This document shows positions 8,568 to 16,948 of a stretch of DNA of 32,000 bases, piece after piece; the first letter of the stretch is position 1; the number at the start of each line of letters is the position of its first letter. A program made the translations under genes and the position numbers. Source of the DNA: Megasphaera elsdenii DSM 20460 (GTDB taxonomy: Bacteria; Bacillota; Negativicutes; Veillonellales; Megasphaeraceae); NCBI RefSeq assembly GCF_003010495.1, contig NZ_CP027570.1, forward strand, positions 570,001-602,000, read 5' to 3'. Under the pieces are notes generated by a model. The model did not search any database, had not been told where the DNA came from, and was given only the letters and a program-made list of their open reading frames with translations.

Positions 8568-9390
8568 AATAATGTTCCATCTCCTTGGCGATTTGTTCAA
8601 TCACAGACGAATCGATGGTCCGGCCCATCCAGATTTCTTCTGAGCCGATGGCCTGAGCGACGAGCATGTACATACCGTTTAGGGTCTTGGCGCCATGACG
8701 GCGGGCTGCCTGCAAAAGCGGTGTATTTTTCGGGTTATAAACGATATCGACGACAGCCGGGAAAGCGGCGATAATCCGTTCCGATACGGGACAGCCATTG
8801 ACATCTGGGAACATGCCGACAGGCGTACAGTTGACCAGGACGTCACCGCCTTGGGAGTGTTCCAAATCCTGGTAATCGATGGTGTCGGCGCCAATCCGTT
8901 GAATAAAGGCATCGAATTCCGTCTTCGAGTGAGGATGACGGGATACGACGGTAATCGACTGGGCCCCGGCATCCGATAAGTATTGGATGATGGCCCGAGC
9001 GGCGCCGCCGGAACCGAGGACGACACACTCCTTCGCCTTTACACCGATACCGGCATGGTCCAGGGAGCGGCCGAAGCCGCTGTAATCCGTATTATAACCG
9101 AAAATCCCATCGTCTGTGAAATGAAGTGTATTGACGGCACCGATGATGCGGGCTTCGCGGGAAATTTCCGTCAAGTATGGCATGACGTCGAGTTTATAGG
9201 GAATGGTGACATTCGCTCCTGTGTACCCTTCGTCGCGCAGGCGCTGAAGTTCATTGGGGATATCGTTGCGGTCCATTTCCAGGACGCCGTACTGATGCTG
9301 CCCTTCGACCTGTAAAATTCTGAACAGTTTTTCGTGGATGGCCGGGGAAGCCGTATGACCTAACTTAGCCCCGATGACGCCTAATTTCAT
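8560..9390 (-). CDS. aroE: Shikimate 5-dehydrogenase
   Basis: Motifs are GHTASPAIHE, NVTIPYK, GYNTD and the NADP-binding loop GSGGAARA. Confidence 0.92.
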   Translation of the reverse strand: MKLGVIGAKLGHTASPAIHEKLFRILQVEGQHQYGVLEMDRNDIPNELQRLRDEGYTGANVTIPYKLDVMPYLTEISREARIIGAVNTLHFTDDGIFGYNTDYSGFGRSLDHAGIGVKAKECVVLGSGGAARAIIQYLSDAGAQSITVVSRHPHSKTEFDAFIQRIGADTIDYQDLEHSQGGDVLVNCTPVGMFPDVNGCPVSERIIAAFPAVVDIVYNPKNTPLLQAARRHGAKTLNGMYMLVAQAIGSEEIWMGRTIDSSVIEQIAKEMEHYYE

Positions 9391-10243
9391 CTACATTCCC
9401 TCCTTGATCGGATACGTAATTCCCTAAGATTTTAAAATAATTGCAGTGTTCTGCCAAGTTTCGCAGGACCCGGGCTGTCGCCGGATTGCGCAGATTGCCC
9501 ATGACGTCGATGTGGAAAAAGTATTCAAAGGGCCTTCCCTTAAGGGGCCGCGATTCCAGGTGCGTCATGTTCATGCCGTTATAGAAGAAGTATCCCAAAA
9601 CGTGGTACAGAGCGCCTGGCCGGTGCTGTGTCGTCAGGACCAGGGTAATCTTATCGGCGTCCGGCGACTGTTCCATATCGGCGGCGATGATGAAGAACCG
9701 CGTGTAGTTCATGGTATTATCATTGATGTGTTCCACCAGGACATCGAGGCCGTACATATAGGCTGCCGTTTTGTTGGCAATGGCTGCGATATGGGGATCC
9801 CCCATTTTTTGAACCTCTTCGGCACTCTGGGAAGTGCTGAAATACGGGTGGAGCTGCCATTCGCTGTGATGCTTGAGGTAACTCCGGCACTGGTTCAGAC
9901 CCTGCGGATGAGAATACACTTCGCGGATATCTTCGAGCTTCGCCCCCGGCAAGGTCAGCAGGCAGTGTTCGACTTTGACGTATTTCTCACCGACGACGCA
10001 GCAGTCGTAGCGGTGGATGAGGTCGTATACGTCGGTAATGCCGCCAGTCGACGAATTTTCGATGGGCAGGACGCCGTAGCGGGCCTGCCGGGTGGCGACA
10101 GCCTGGACGACGTCTTCAAAATGCGAACCATACGTAGGCAAAATATTCTTGCCGGCAAAATAGGTCTTCATGGCTTCATATGTATAGGAGCCGGGTTGGC
10201 CGAAACAGGCGATGTTCAAGGGCATATCTTCAGAAGCATCCAT
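9365..10243 (-). CDS. pheA: Prephenate dehydratase with a C-terminal ACT domain and no chorismate mutase domain
   Basis: Motifs are IACFGQPGSYTYEA, PIENSSTGG and NYTRFFII, plus an ACT region with ESRP. ATG 10243 overlaps the aroC TAA as TAATG. The track start at 10252 is a GTG. Confidence 0.9.
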   Translation of the reverse strand: MDASEDMPLNIACFGQPGSYTYEAMKTYFAGKNILPTYGSHFEDVVQAVATRQARYGVLPIENSSTGGITDVYDLIHRYDCCVVGEKYVKVEHCLLTLPGAKLEDIREVYSHPQGLNQCRSYLKHHSEWQLHPYFSTSQSAEEVQKMGDPHIAAIANKTAAYMYGLDVLVEHINDNTMNYTRFFIIAADMEQSPDADKITLVLTTQHRPGALYHVLGYFFYNGMNMTHLESRPLKGRPFEYFFHIDVMGNLRNPATARVLRNLAEHCNYFKILGNYVSDQGGNVDEIRRHRG

Positions 10244-11334
10244 TACCAGCACCGCCCTTTCTCTGACAGGCAGACGTCGAGGATGGCCCAGGCCGCGGCC
10301 GCTTCGATGACGGGAATGGCCCGCTGGACGATACAGGGATCATGGCGGCCTTTGATGACGAGGTCGCAATTTTCCTTCGTATCCGTATCGATCGTTTCCT
10401 GTTTCTGGCTGATGGAAGCCGTCGGCTTGACGACCAGGCGGAAGATGATGGGCATGCCGTTGGTGATACCGCCATTGATGCCGCCGTTGTGATTGGTCCG
10501 GGTCTTGACGACATCGCCGTCATAATAAAAGTCATCATTGGCCTGGGAACCGCGGAGGTCTGCCAGGGCGAAGCCGTCGCCAAATTCGATGCCTTTCACA
10601 GCCGGGACGGAAAACATCATATGGCTGAGCTGGCTTTCGACGGAGTCGAAGAAGGGGTCGCCTATGCCGGCGGGAAGGCCGGTGATCATACATTCGATGA
10701 CGCCGCCGACGGAATCGAGGTCGTTCTTAGCGGCCAGGATTTTAGCTTCCATCGGTCCGGCCTGGGCCTTGTCGAGGACGGGCAGCGTTTCTTTTTTCAA
10801 AGCCTGCAAGGTTTCTGCTGTTTCCCCGACGGCATTGAAAGGCTTATCGGCGATGCCGGCCAGGCGCAGGATATGGGAGCCGACGGTAATGCCGTGGCGG
10901 GCCAGGATCTGGGAAGCCACGGCCCCGGCAAAGACCAGGGGCGCTGTCAGGCGGCCCGAGAAATGACCGCCGCCGCGGTAGTCATTGAACCCGCCGTAGC
11001 GCACCTTGCCGGAGTAGTCGGCATGGCCAGGCCGCATGATATGGCGCAGTTGGTCGTAATCCCGCGAGTGCTGGTCGCTGTTGCGGATGATGGCGCACAG
11101 GGGCGTCCCCGTCGTATAGCCGTTGAAAAAGCCGCTCTGGACTTCAAAGGCGTCCTTTTCGGCCCGGGCCGTCGACATCGGATTCTTCCCCGGTGCCCGC
11201 CGGGCCATCTCGGTCCGGACAGCATCCCAGTCGATGGCTTCGCCCGATGGCAGGCCATCGAGGACGGCACCGATAGAAAGGCCGTGGGATTCACCGAAAA
11301 TCGTCAGGCCAATTGTCTTTCCAAAGGTATTCAT
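10243..11334 (-). CDS. aroC: Chorismate synthase
   Basis: The N-terminus is FGKTIGLTIFGESHG. Further motifs are RPGHADYSG and RGGGHFSGR. Length is 363 aa. Confidence 0.95.
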   Translation of the reverse strand: MNTFGKTIGLTIFGESHGLSIGAVLDGLPSGEAIDWDAVRTEMARRAPGKNPMSTARAEKDAFEVQSGFFNGYTTGTPLCAIIRNSDQHSRDYDQLRHIMRPGHADYSGKVRYGGFNDYRGGGHFSGRLTAPLVFAGAVASQILARHGITVGSHILRLAGIADKPFNAVGETAETLQALKKETLPVLDKAQAGPMEAKILAAKNDLDSVGGVIECMITGLPAGIGDPFFDSVESQLSHMMFSVPAVKGIEFGDGFALADLRGSQANDDFYYDGDVVKTRTNHNGGINGGITNGMPIIFRLVVKPTASISQKQETIDTDTKENCDLVIKGRHDPCIVQRAIPVIEAAAAWAILDVCLSEKGRCW

Positions 11335-11335
11335 C

Positions 11336-12625
11336 TTATTCTTCCCCCTCCTTTTGGATCATGCCGCCTAAGGCCTGGAAATCCTGCCAGAATTCCGGAT
11401 ACGATTTGCGGACACATTCAGCACCTTCGATGCGCAACGGCTGGCTGCAGCGCTGGGATGCGACGGCCAGGGCCATGGCGATGCGGTGGTCATTCCAACC
11501 GCTAACCGTACCGCCAGTGAAACCGCCGACGCCATGAATGATAAGGCCTTCTGCTTCTTCTTCGATATCGCCGCCGATTTTATTGAGTTCTGTGGCCATG
11601 GCGTGCAGACGGTCACATTCTTTGAGCCGGACCCGGCCGGCATGGATAATGCGGGTAATGCCTTTGGCACAGGACGCCAGGACGGTCAGGACCGGAACCA
11701 AGTCCGGGCAGTCTTCGACGTCGATGACCCGTCCAGCCAATTCCGATGGGCTGGACGTCAATTCTGTCTTGCCTTCGACTTGGCCACCCATGTCGCGGAT
11801 GAGGGAGACAATGACTTCGTCACCCTGGGAAGACTGCGACCGCAGGCCCGTACAGCAGATGGCCCGGCCCAGACTGCCAGCAGAGAGCCAGAAAGCAGCT
11901 TGCGAATAATCGCCTTCGACGACGTAAGTCCCGGGCCGATAGTGCTGATTGCCAGGAATCCGGTAGAAGCCATCCTGTTCTTTCTCAATGACGATGCCGT
12001 GCTGGCGCAGACAGTCAAGGGTCATGTCGACATAGCTGGCCGATTCCAGCGGTGTCGTACTGCGCAGGACCGAGTCGCCATCGAGGAGGGGCAAGGTCAT
12101 GAGCAGGCCCGTAAAGAACTGGGAACTGACGTCGCCGGCCAGAGAGTACGTTCCAGGCTGTAAAGTCCCGGACACGGTCAGGGGCAGGGCGCCTTCTGTC
12201 GTTTCATAAGCCACGCCCTTTTCATCGAAGAGTTCATAATACGGTGTCAGCGGCCGTTTGGCCAGACGGCCCTGGCCGGAAAAAGTCACTTCATTGCCGC
12301 TGAAGATGGCCACGGGGATGAGGAAGCGCAACGTCGACCCCGATTCATTGGCACTGACTGCGATAGGCCCATCTTGTTTCTTCAGACCGCCTCTGACGCG
12401 GTAAGCCGCCCGGCCGGGATGAGACGACATGACCGGCGTAATATCTGCCCCCAAAGCCCGTAGAATGTCGCACGTCGCTTCAATGTCCTGGGACAAGGAA
12501 ATGTTGTCAACCAGGCTTTCTCCTTCTGCCAAGGCGGCGCAGATGAGGTCGCGGTGGCCGATGCTTTTGGAAGAGGGCGCTTCTACTGTCCCTTGCAAGG
12601 TATGTGGGGTAATAATGACATTCAT
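11336..12625 (-). CDS. aroA: 3-phosphoshikimate 1-carboxyvinyltransferase (EPSP synthase)
   Basis: 429 aa. Motifs are PSSKSIGHR, ESGSTLRFLIP and NDHRIAMALAVA. The ATG shares one base with the aroB stop. Confidence 0.95.
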   Translation of the reverse strand: MNVIITPHTLQGTVEAPSSKSIGHRDLICAALAEGESLVDNISLSQDIEATCDILRALGADITPVMSSHPGRAAYRVRGGLKKQDGPIAVSANESGSTLRFLIPVAIFSGNEVTFSGQGRLAKRPLTPYYELFDEKGVAYETTEGALPLTVSGTLQPGTYSLAGDVSSQFFTGLLMTLPLLDGDSVLRSTTPLESASYVDMTLDCLRQHGIVIEKEQDGFYRIPGNQHYRPGTYVVEGDYSQAAFWLSAGSLGRAICCTGLRSQSSQGDEVIVSLIRDMGGQVEGKTELTSSPSELAGRVIDVEDCPDLVPVLTVLASCAKGITRIIHAGRVRLKECDRLHAMATELNKIGGDIEEEAEGLIIHGVGGFTGGTVSGWNDHRIAMALAVASQRCSQPLRIEGAECVRKSYPEFWQDFQALGGMIQKEGEE

Positions 12626-13695
12626 TAAGCGTCCTTCTTTCGGATATATTTCGGCAGGTCTTCCGCAACCAGTGGCAACAGGCGGGCCTTGCCGATTTCT
12701 TCGATAATGACTAAAGTAATATGATTGCCACGCATCTTCTTATCATTGCTGATGTAAGGAATGAGGTCTTCTGCCGACGCATCGACATCGGTCGGCAAGC
12801 CGTACTGCTTGATAACCTTGCGCAGCCGTGCCGTCGTCCCGGCTTTCGTCAGCCCCATGGCTTCCGTGACGCCGGTCAGCATGGACATGCCGGCAGCGAC
12901 GCCTTCGCCGTGCGTATAGTGGCCGAAGCCATAACAGCCTTCGATGGCATGGCCGATAGTATGGCCGAAGTTCAGAATCATGCGTTCGCCCATATCGAAG
13001 ACATCGTGTTCAACAATATCGGCCTTGCTCTGACAGCAGCGTTCGATGATTTCTTCCCAATGATCAAAGATAGACTGGTCATCGAGTTTTTCCAGGAGTT
13101 CAAAGAGAGCCAAGTCGCGGATGCAGCCGTATTTGATGACTTCACCCATGCCGTCGTGGATGAAGCGCTTGGGAAGGGTCGATAACAACATCGGGTCAAT
13201 GAGGACCCCTTTAGGCTGATAGAAGTTGCCTGCCTGATTCTTGCCGCTAGGAAGGTCGATGGCGACTTTGCCGCCGACACTGCTGTCGACCTGGGAAATG
13301 ATGGTCGTCGGAATCTGGATGAAGGGAACGCCGCGCAAGAAAGTCGCTGCTGCGAAGCCGCCGAGATCGCCAGTGACACCGCCGCCGAAAGTCAAGATAC
13401 AATCGCTGCGGGTAATGCCGGCGTCAGAAAGCTGCTGATAGAGGTCGAGGAGGGTCGCTGCGCATTTATGTTCTTCCCCGGCCGGGAAAACCAGGCGGTG
13501 GACGCGGAAGCCAGCGCCGGTCAGGGCCGTTTCCAATCGCTGCCCGTAGAGAGCATCGACGTTCGAATCGGTAATGACGGCCAGGGTCCGCGATTTCGTC
13601 AGATTGCGGATATAATCGCCAGCCCGGTCGAGGAGGCCGTTTTCAATATGAATATCATAAGAATCTTTTCCTAACTCAACGTGAATGTGTTTCAT
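12625..13695 (-). CDS. aroB: 3-dehydroquinate synthase
   Basis: Motifs are GGGVTGDLGGFAAATFLRGVPFIQIPTT and NFGHTIGHAIE. It overlaps the tyrA 3' end by 20 nt. Confidence 0.93.
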   Translation of the reverse strand: MKHIHVELGKDSYDIHIENGLLDRAGDYIRNLTKSRTLAVITDSNVDALYGQRLETALTGAGFRVHRLVFPAGEEHKCAATLLDLYQQLSDAGITRSDCILTFGGGVTGDLGGFAAATFLRGVPFIQIPTTIISQVDSSVGGKVAIDLPSGKNQAGNFYQPKGVLIDPMLLSTLPKRFIHDGMGEVIKYGCIRDLALFELLEKLDDQSIFDHWEEIIERCCQSKADIVEHDVFDMGERMILNFGHTIGHAIEGCYGFGHYTHGEGVAAGMSMLTGVTEAMGLTKAGTTARLRKVIKQYGLPTDVDASAEDLIPYISNDKKMRGNHITLVIIEEIGKARLLPLVAEDLPKYIRKKDA

Positions 13696-14563
13696 GAACT
13701 AATTCCCTTCTCCGCATAGCGGCTTGCTGTAAAAAACGGGTCATTCCCTTCGTATCTTCTTCGGCGAGCATCGTCGAGAAAGATTGCAAGGCAGCGCTGA
13801 AGCGGTCTATTTCATATAAGAGGTTGTCTTTATTGGATAAGAACAGTTTCGTCCACAGCGGGGCGTTGATGTCGGCGACCCGTGTCCCGTCGCGGAAGCT
13901 GCCGGCTACAAAATACTTGGTCAGCGTATTCATGGATTCGCTGTTGACCAGGGCCGTCGCCAGGACGTGAGGCAGGCTGCTGGTATAGGCGATGAACCGG
14001 TCGTGGTCTTCAGGCGTCACCCGGACGACATGGGAGCAGCCCAAGGCCCTGGCCATGTTCTTCACAGCCAGGATATGTTCTTCGTCATTGCCTTCCATGG
14101 GGACGAGGATGTAATTGGCGCCGTTGAAGATATCGGCACTAGCCATGGCATATCCCCGACCTTCGCGGCCGGCCATAGGGTGACCCGGTACGAAATCGAC
14201 ACCTTCCGGCAGCAGGGCCGCAATGGCTGTCGCCGTATCACCTTTGATGCCGGCTACGTCCGTCAAGATTGTTCCCGGCGTGAAGAAGGCTTTATTCTCT
14301 GCCAGGAATCGTATCATCACATCGGCAGCCGTGCAGAAGATGACCAGATCTGCCTGTTTCAAGGCTTCCGTCCCTGCCGTATAGATATCATCGACCATGC
14401 CCTCCTGCTTGGCCTGCTGCAGGGCCTTTTCGTCAGGATCGACGGCGATGATATGGTCGACGCCGAGGCGCCGCAGGCCGCGGGCATAAGAGCCGCCGAT
14501 GAGCCCCAATCCGACGATAGCTACCGTCTGCTTCGTATTAAAACCACTAGCTTCCTTATCCAT
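13676..14563 (-). CDS. tyrA: Prephenate dehydrogenase
   Basis: ATG 14563 follows GGGGGAG. The Rossmann motif is VAIVGLGLIGGSYA and the catalytic region is PGHPMAG. I reject the upstream part of the 13676..14683 ORF, which overlaps aroF. Confidence 0.88.
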   Translation of the reverse strand: MDKEASGFNTKQTVAIVGLGLIGGSYARGLRRLGVDHIIAVDPDEKALQQAKQEGMVDDIYTAGTEALKQADLVIFCTAADVMIRFLAENKAFFTPGTILTDVAGIKGDTATAIAALLPEGVDFVPGHPMAGREGRGYAMASADIFNGANYILVPMEGNDEEHILAVKNMARALGCSHVVRVTPEDHDRFIAYTSSLPHVLATALVNSESMNTLTKYFVAGSFRDGTRVADINAPLWTKLFLSNKDNLLYEIDRFSAALQSFSTMLAEEDTKGMTRFLQQAAMRRRELVHETHSR

Positions 14564-14586
14564 GATAGTCTCCCCCTCTGTATCCC

Positions 14587-15609
14587 TTATATTTCCCGAC
14601 CGACGACAGGAGCCAGTTTGCGGAGCGAATCCATGAGGTCTGCGAACATAGCCGGCGTAATCGACTGTGCCCCATCGCACCAAGCTTTATCCGGGTTGTT
14701 GTGGACTTCGATCATCAAGCCGTCGGCACCGGCTGCTACAGCGGCTTTGGCCAGGTCGGCTACCATCCAGCGCTTGCCCGTAGCGTGGCTGGGATCGACG
14801 ACGATCGGCAGGTGGCTCTGGCGTTTGACGGCCAGGACGGCGCTCAAGTCGAGGGTGTTGCGGGTGTACGTTTCAAAAGTACGGATGCCCCGTTCGCAGA
14901 GGATGACGTTGTGGTTGCCTTCAGCCATGATGTATTCTGCCGACATGAGCCATTCTTCGATAGTCGCGCTCAGGCCCCGCTTGAGGAGGACCGGCTTGTG
15001 CGTCTTGCCGACGGCTTTGAGGAGGTCGAAGTTCTGCATGTTCCGGGCCCCGATCTGGATGATGTCGACGCCATCTTCGAGGAAGACCGGCAATTTATCG
15101 GCCGACATGATTTCCGTAATGACCGGGAGTTTAGCTTTGCGGCCGGCATCGCGGAGCATATCCAGGCCTTTATTGCCTAAGCCCTGGAAGGAGTACGGCG
15201 AAGTACGCGGCTTGAAGGCGCCGCCGCGAAGGATGTTGGCGCCGGCTTTGGCGACGTCACAGGCAACGCCTTCGATCTGATCCGGCGTTTCGATGGAGCA
15301 GGGACCGGCGATGACAGCCAGCTTCTTGCCGCCGATGGTGACGTCTCCATTGCCGATGGGAATGACCGAATCCTGGGGATGGAAAGCCCGGCTGGCCCGT
15401 TTGTACGGCACTTCGACGCGCATGACCTTGTCGACACATTCGTAACCCTGGATCTGTTCGACATCGATGACGTCCGTATTGCCGACGAGGCCCATGACGG
15501 TCTGACGGGCGCCTTTACTGATATCGACCTGGAGCCCCTTGGATTTAATGTGGTCAATTAACTGCTTCGCTTCTTCCTTCGGTGTGTTGGCTTTCAATAC
15601 AATAATCAT
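14587..15609 (-). CDS. aroF: 3-deoxy-7-phosphoheptulonate (DAHP) synthase, type I-beta, with an N-terminal ferredoxin-like/ACT-like regulatory domain
   Basis: The core motifs are IAGPCSIE, LRGGAFKPRTSPYSFQG and VDPSH. The first roughly 70 aa (MIIVLKANTPKEEAKQLIDHIKSKGLQVDISKG...) resemble the regulatory domain of Thermotoga-type DAHP synthases. There is no chorismate mutase domain. Confidence 0.92.
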   Translation of the reverse strand: MIIVLKANTPKEEAKQLIDHIKSKGLQVDISKGARQTVMGLVGNTDVIDVEQIQGYECVDKVMRVEVPYKRASRAFHPQDSVIPIGNGDVTIGGKKLAVIAGPCSIETPDQIEGVACDVAKAGANILRGGAFKPRTSPYSFQGLGNKGLDMLRDAGRKAKLPVITEIMSADKLPVFLEDGVDIIQIGARNMQNFDLLKAVGKTHKPVLLKRGLSATIEEWLMSAEYIMAEGNHNVILCERGIRTFETYTRNTLDLSAVLAVKRQSHLPIVVDPSHATGKRWMVADLAKAAVAAGADGLMIEVHNNPDKAWCDGAQSITPAMFADLMDSLRKLAPVVGREI

Positions 15610-15635
15610 AACTCGTTTTCCTCCATTTCAGTAAT

Positions 15636-15663
15636 AAAAAAAGCAGGCCCACATGAGCCTGCT
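15636..15663 (-). terminator. Intrinsic terminator 26 nt upstream of the aroF start codon (candidate attenuator)
   Basis: The minus-strand RNA is AGCAGGCUCAUGUGGGCCUGCU followed by U7, which is the plus-strand A run at 15636-15642. The stem is GC-rich, 8-10 bp. It lies between the leader ORF stop (15703) and aroF. Confidence 0.7.
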
Positions 15664-15702
15664 CCTAAGATTCTCAGTTATCGCCTTTTCCGCGCGTCTT
15701 CC

Positions 15703-15867
15703 TTAGGCGGCCGCAGCCGTCTTCAGAAAAGGTGGAAGTCTTCTCATGCTTACATCATCTTTATGGAATTTGTCGTAGCCAAAATAGCCAGCGCTAAAAT
15801 ACAGATAGCCCCAGCTAAAATAAGTAAAGACGTATTCAGTTACGTGATGTAAGAATGACGTATTCAT
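15703..15867 (-). CDS. 54-codon aromatic-rich leader ORF upstream of the aro operon (candidate leader peptide; alternatively a small membrane protein)
   Basis: SD AAGGAG (15879-15874) lies 6 nt before ATG 15867. The peptide is MNTSFLHHVTEYVFTYFSWGYLYFSAGYFGYDKFHKDDVSMRRLPPFLKTAAAA, with 7 Phe, 6 Tyr and 1 Trp. This is the 3' part of the track ORF 15703..16038. Confidence 0.45.
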   Translation of the reverse strand: MNTSFLHHVTEYVFTYFSWGYLYFSAGYFGYDKFHKDDVSMRRLPPFLKTAAAA

Positions 15868-15907
15868 AGGAATCTCCTTGTACAACTTTTTAAAATTCGT
15901 TGTCGTC

Positions 15908-15936
15908 ATTGTATACCTCAGGGAGAATATTGTCAA
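15908..15936 (-). promoter_or_regulatory. Sigma-A promoter driving the leader ORF and aro operon
   Basis: On the minus strand, TTGACA (15936-15931), a 17-nt spacer, then TACAAT (15913-15908). Confidence 0.65.
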
Positions 15937-15939
15937 GAC

Positions 15940-15978
15940 AAAAAAACAGGGATTCTCTGTATATATATGAGAATCCCC
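15940..15978 (-). terminator. Intrinsic terminator of the deacetylase operon
   Basis: On the minus strand, GGGATTCTC pairs with GAGAATCCC (9 bp) around an 11-nt loop, followed by TGTTTTTTT. Confidence 0.8.
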
Positions 15979-16039
15979 ATGGACAATCGTTTTACCAGTA
16001 AATATATTGTATACTATTTTCGCATATATCCCATGCATT

Positions 16040-16942
16040 TTACCAGGAGGGTGGAATCGCTGTCGTGACGACGCGGAACGAATAGCCTTGATCCTTCAGG
16101 AGATGGATGATGTCCGGCAGGGCATCGACGGTGGCACCATGACCATAGGCATCGTGCATGAGGATGACCAGGTGGCGATGGAGATAAGGCCGCAGTTGCA
16201 GCTGCTGCTTGATGTTTTCCACTTCTTTATCGGCCGTCTTGCCCGTCCCGTCGGCATCGCCAGTCAGAGCATTCCAGCCGACTTCGATGTAGCCGATATC
16301 GTTGATGGCCGTCCAGAAATCCTTGGTGAAGTGGCCTTCCGTACCGCCAGGAGCCCGGGAAATGATGGGCCGGACACCGAGTATCTTATAAATCTCTTCT
16401 TCCGTCTGCAAGAGTTCATCCGTATAGGCTTTGGGCGAAACGTATATTTTCTTATAATCATGCGTATACGAATGGACGCCGATGGCATTGCCGGACTGAT
16501 AGATTTTCTTGACCACATCGGGATAACGGACGACATTCTGGCCGGTCAGGAAAAAGGTAGCATGAATGTTTTCTTTTTTCAGGATGTCCAAAATGCGCGA
16601 CGTATTCTTATCGTTCGGGCCATCATCAAAGGTCAGATAGACGACCTTGTCGCCGTAATAATACTCCCGCGTCTTGCCATACGTCGTGGGCAGGCCTTTT
16701 TCCTGGCGCTGCCGGGTCGTATATTTATCATAGACAGGTTTATCATTATCGACAGGCGGCAAAGAAAAATCATCGCCGACAAAGGCCACATCGGGCTTGC
16801 CGGACAGGACCTGCGGAACCGGGATATGCCGGGATTCAGCCGCCGCCAGGACGCGGTCGCGGTCAAAGTTCAGGAACAGCCCCAGCGAAGCCAGGAAGAA
16901 CAGTAAGATACATCCCAAAAACAATCTGCCTTTTTGTTTCAT
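16040..16942 (-). CDS. Polysaccharide / peptidoglycan deacetylase (NodB homology domain) with an N-terminal signal-anchor
   Basis: The N-terminal hydrophobic segment is LFLGCILLFFLASLGLFL. NodB motifs are LTFDDGP and HSYTHD. The start is only 6 nt after the yqeC stop. Confidence 0.85.
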   Translation of the reverse strand: MKQKGRLFLGCILLFFLASLGLFLNFDRDRVLAAAESRHIPVPQVLSGKPDVAFVGDDFSLPPVDNDKPVYDKYTTRQRQEKGLPTTYGKTREYYYGDKVVYLTFDDGPNDKNTSRILDILKKENIHATFFLTGQNVVRYPDVVKKIYQSGNAIGVHSYTHDYKKIYVSPKAYTDELLQTEEEIYKILGVRPIISRAPGGTEGHFTKDFWTAINDIGYIEVGWNALTGDADGTGKTADKEVENIKQQLQLRPYLHRHLVILMHDAYGHGATVDALPDIIHLLKDQGYSFRVVTTAIPPSW

Positions 16943-16948
16943 TTTTGC

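Noticed and set aside
8567-8600. N-terminal extensions in the ORF track for several genes: aroK to 8600, tyrA to 14683, the amidohydrolase from 1408, the MFS gene from 6718, aroD from 5912, ARH to 31822, radical SAM to 29644, and addA to 25087.
   Set aside because: In each case an internal ATG is preceded by a good SD at 6-12 nt and yields an N-terminus typical of the family. The extensions overlap upstream genes or terminators, or use weak non-ATG starts.
13967-15280. Long plus-strand ORFs running antisense to confirmed minus-strand genes. Examples: 13967..15280 (437 aa), 21905..23335 (476 aa), 10342..11505 (387 aa), 9446..10492 (348 aa), 28544..29623 (359 aa), 25641..26579, 26784..27707, 16007..16906, 17621..18487.
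   Set aside because: Each lies fully opposite a gene with strong family motifs. Their translations are low-complexity and rich in Arg, Gly, Ala and Asp, with no recognisable domains or SD sites. Such shadow ORFs are expected opposite codon-biased genes in moderately GC-rich DNA.
15706-15713. The GCGGCCGC palindrome and the GAAGACG direct repeat near the end of the leader ORF, considered as regulatory sites.
   Set aside because: They are short enough to occur by chance. They may contribute to leader RNA folding, but I cannot support an independent function.
15610-15940. A T-box riboswitch or TRAP-binding (GAG/UAG repeat) leader upstream of the aro operon.
   Set aside because: There is no T-box consensus (AGGGUGGNACCGCG-like) and no specifier-loop architecture. 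There is no series of 9-11 spaced GAG/UAG triplets. The leader is also too short for a T-box once the translated ORF is accounted for.
15703-16038. The full 111-aa minus-strand track ORF upstream of aroF.
   Set aside because: Its 5' half runs across the deacetylase terminator (15940-15978) and the promoter (15908-15936), and it has no SD. Only the 3' 54 codons, starting at the SD-preceded ATG 15867, are plausible.
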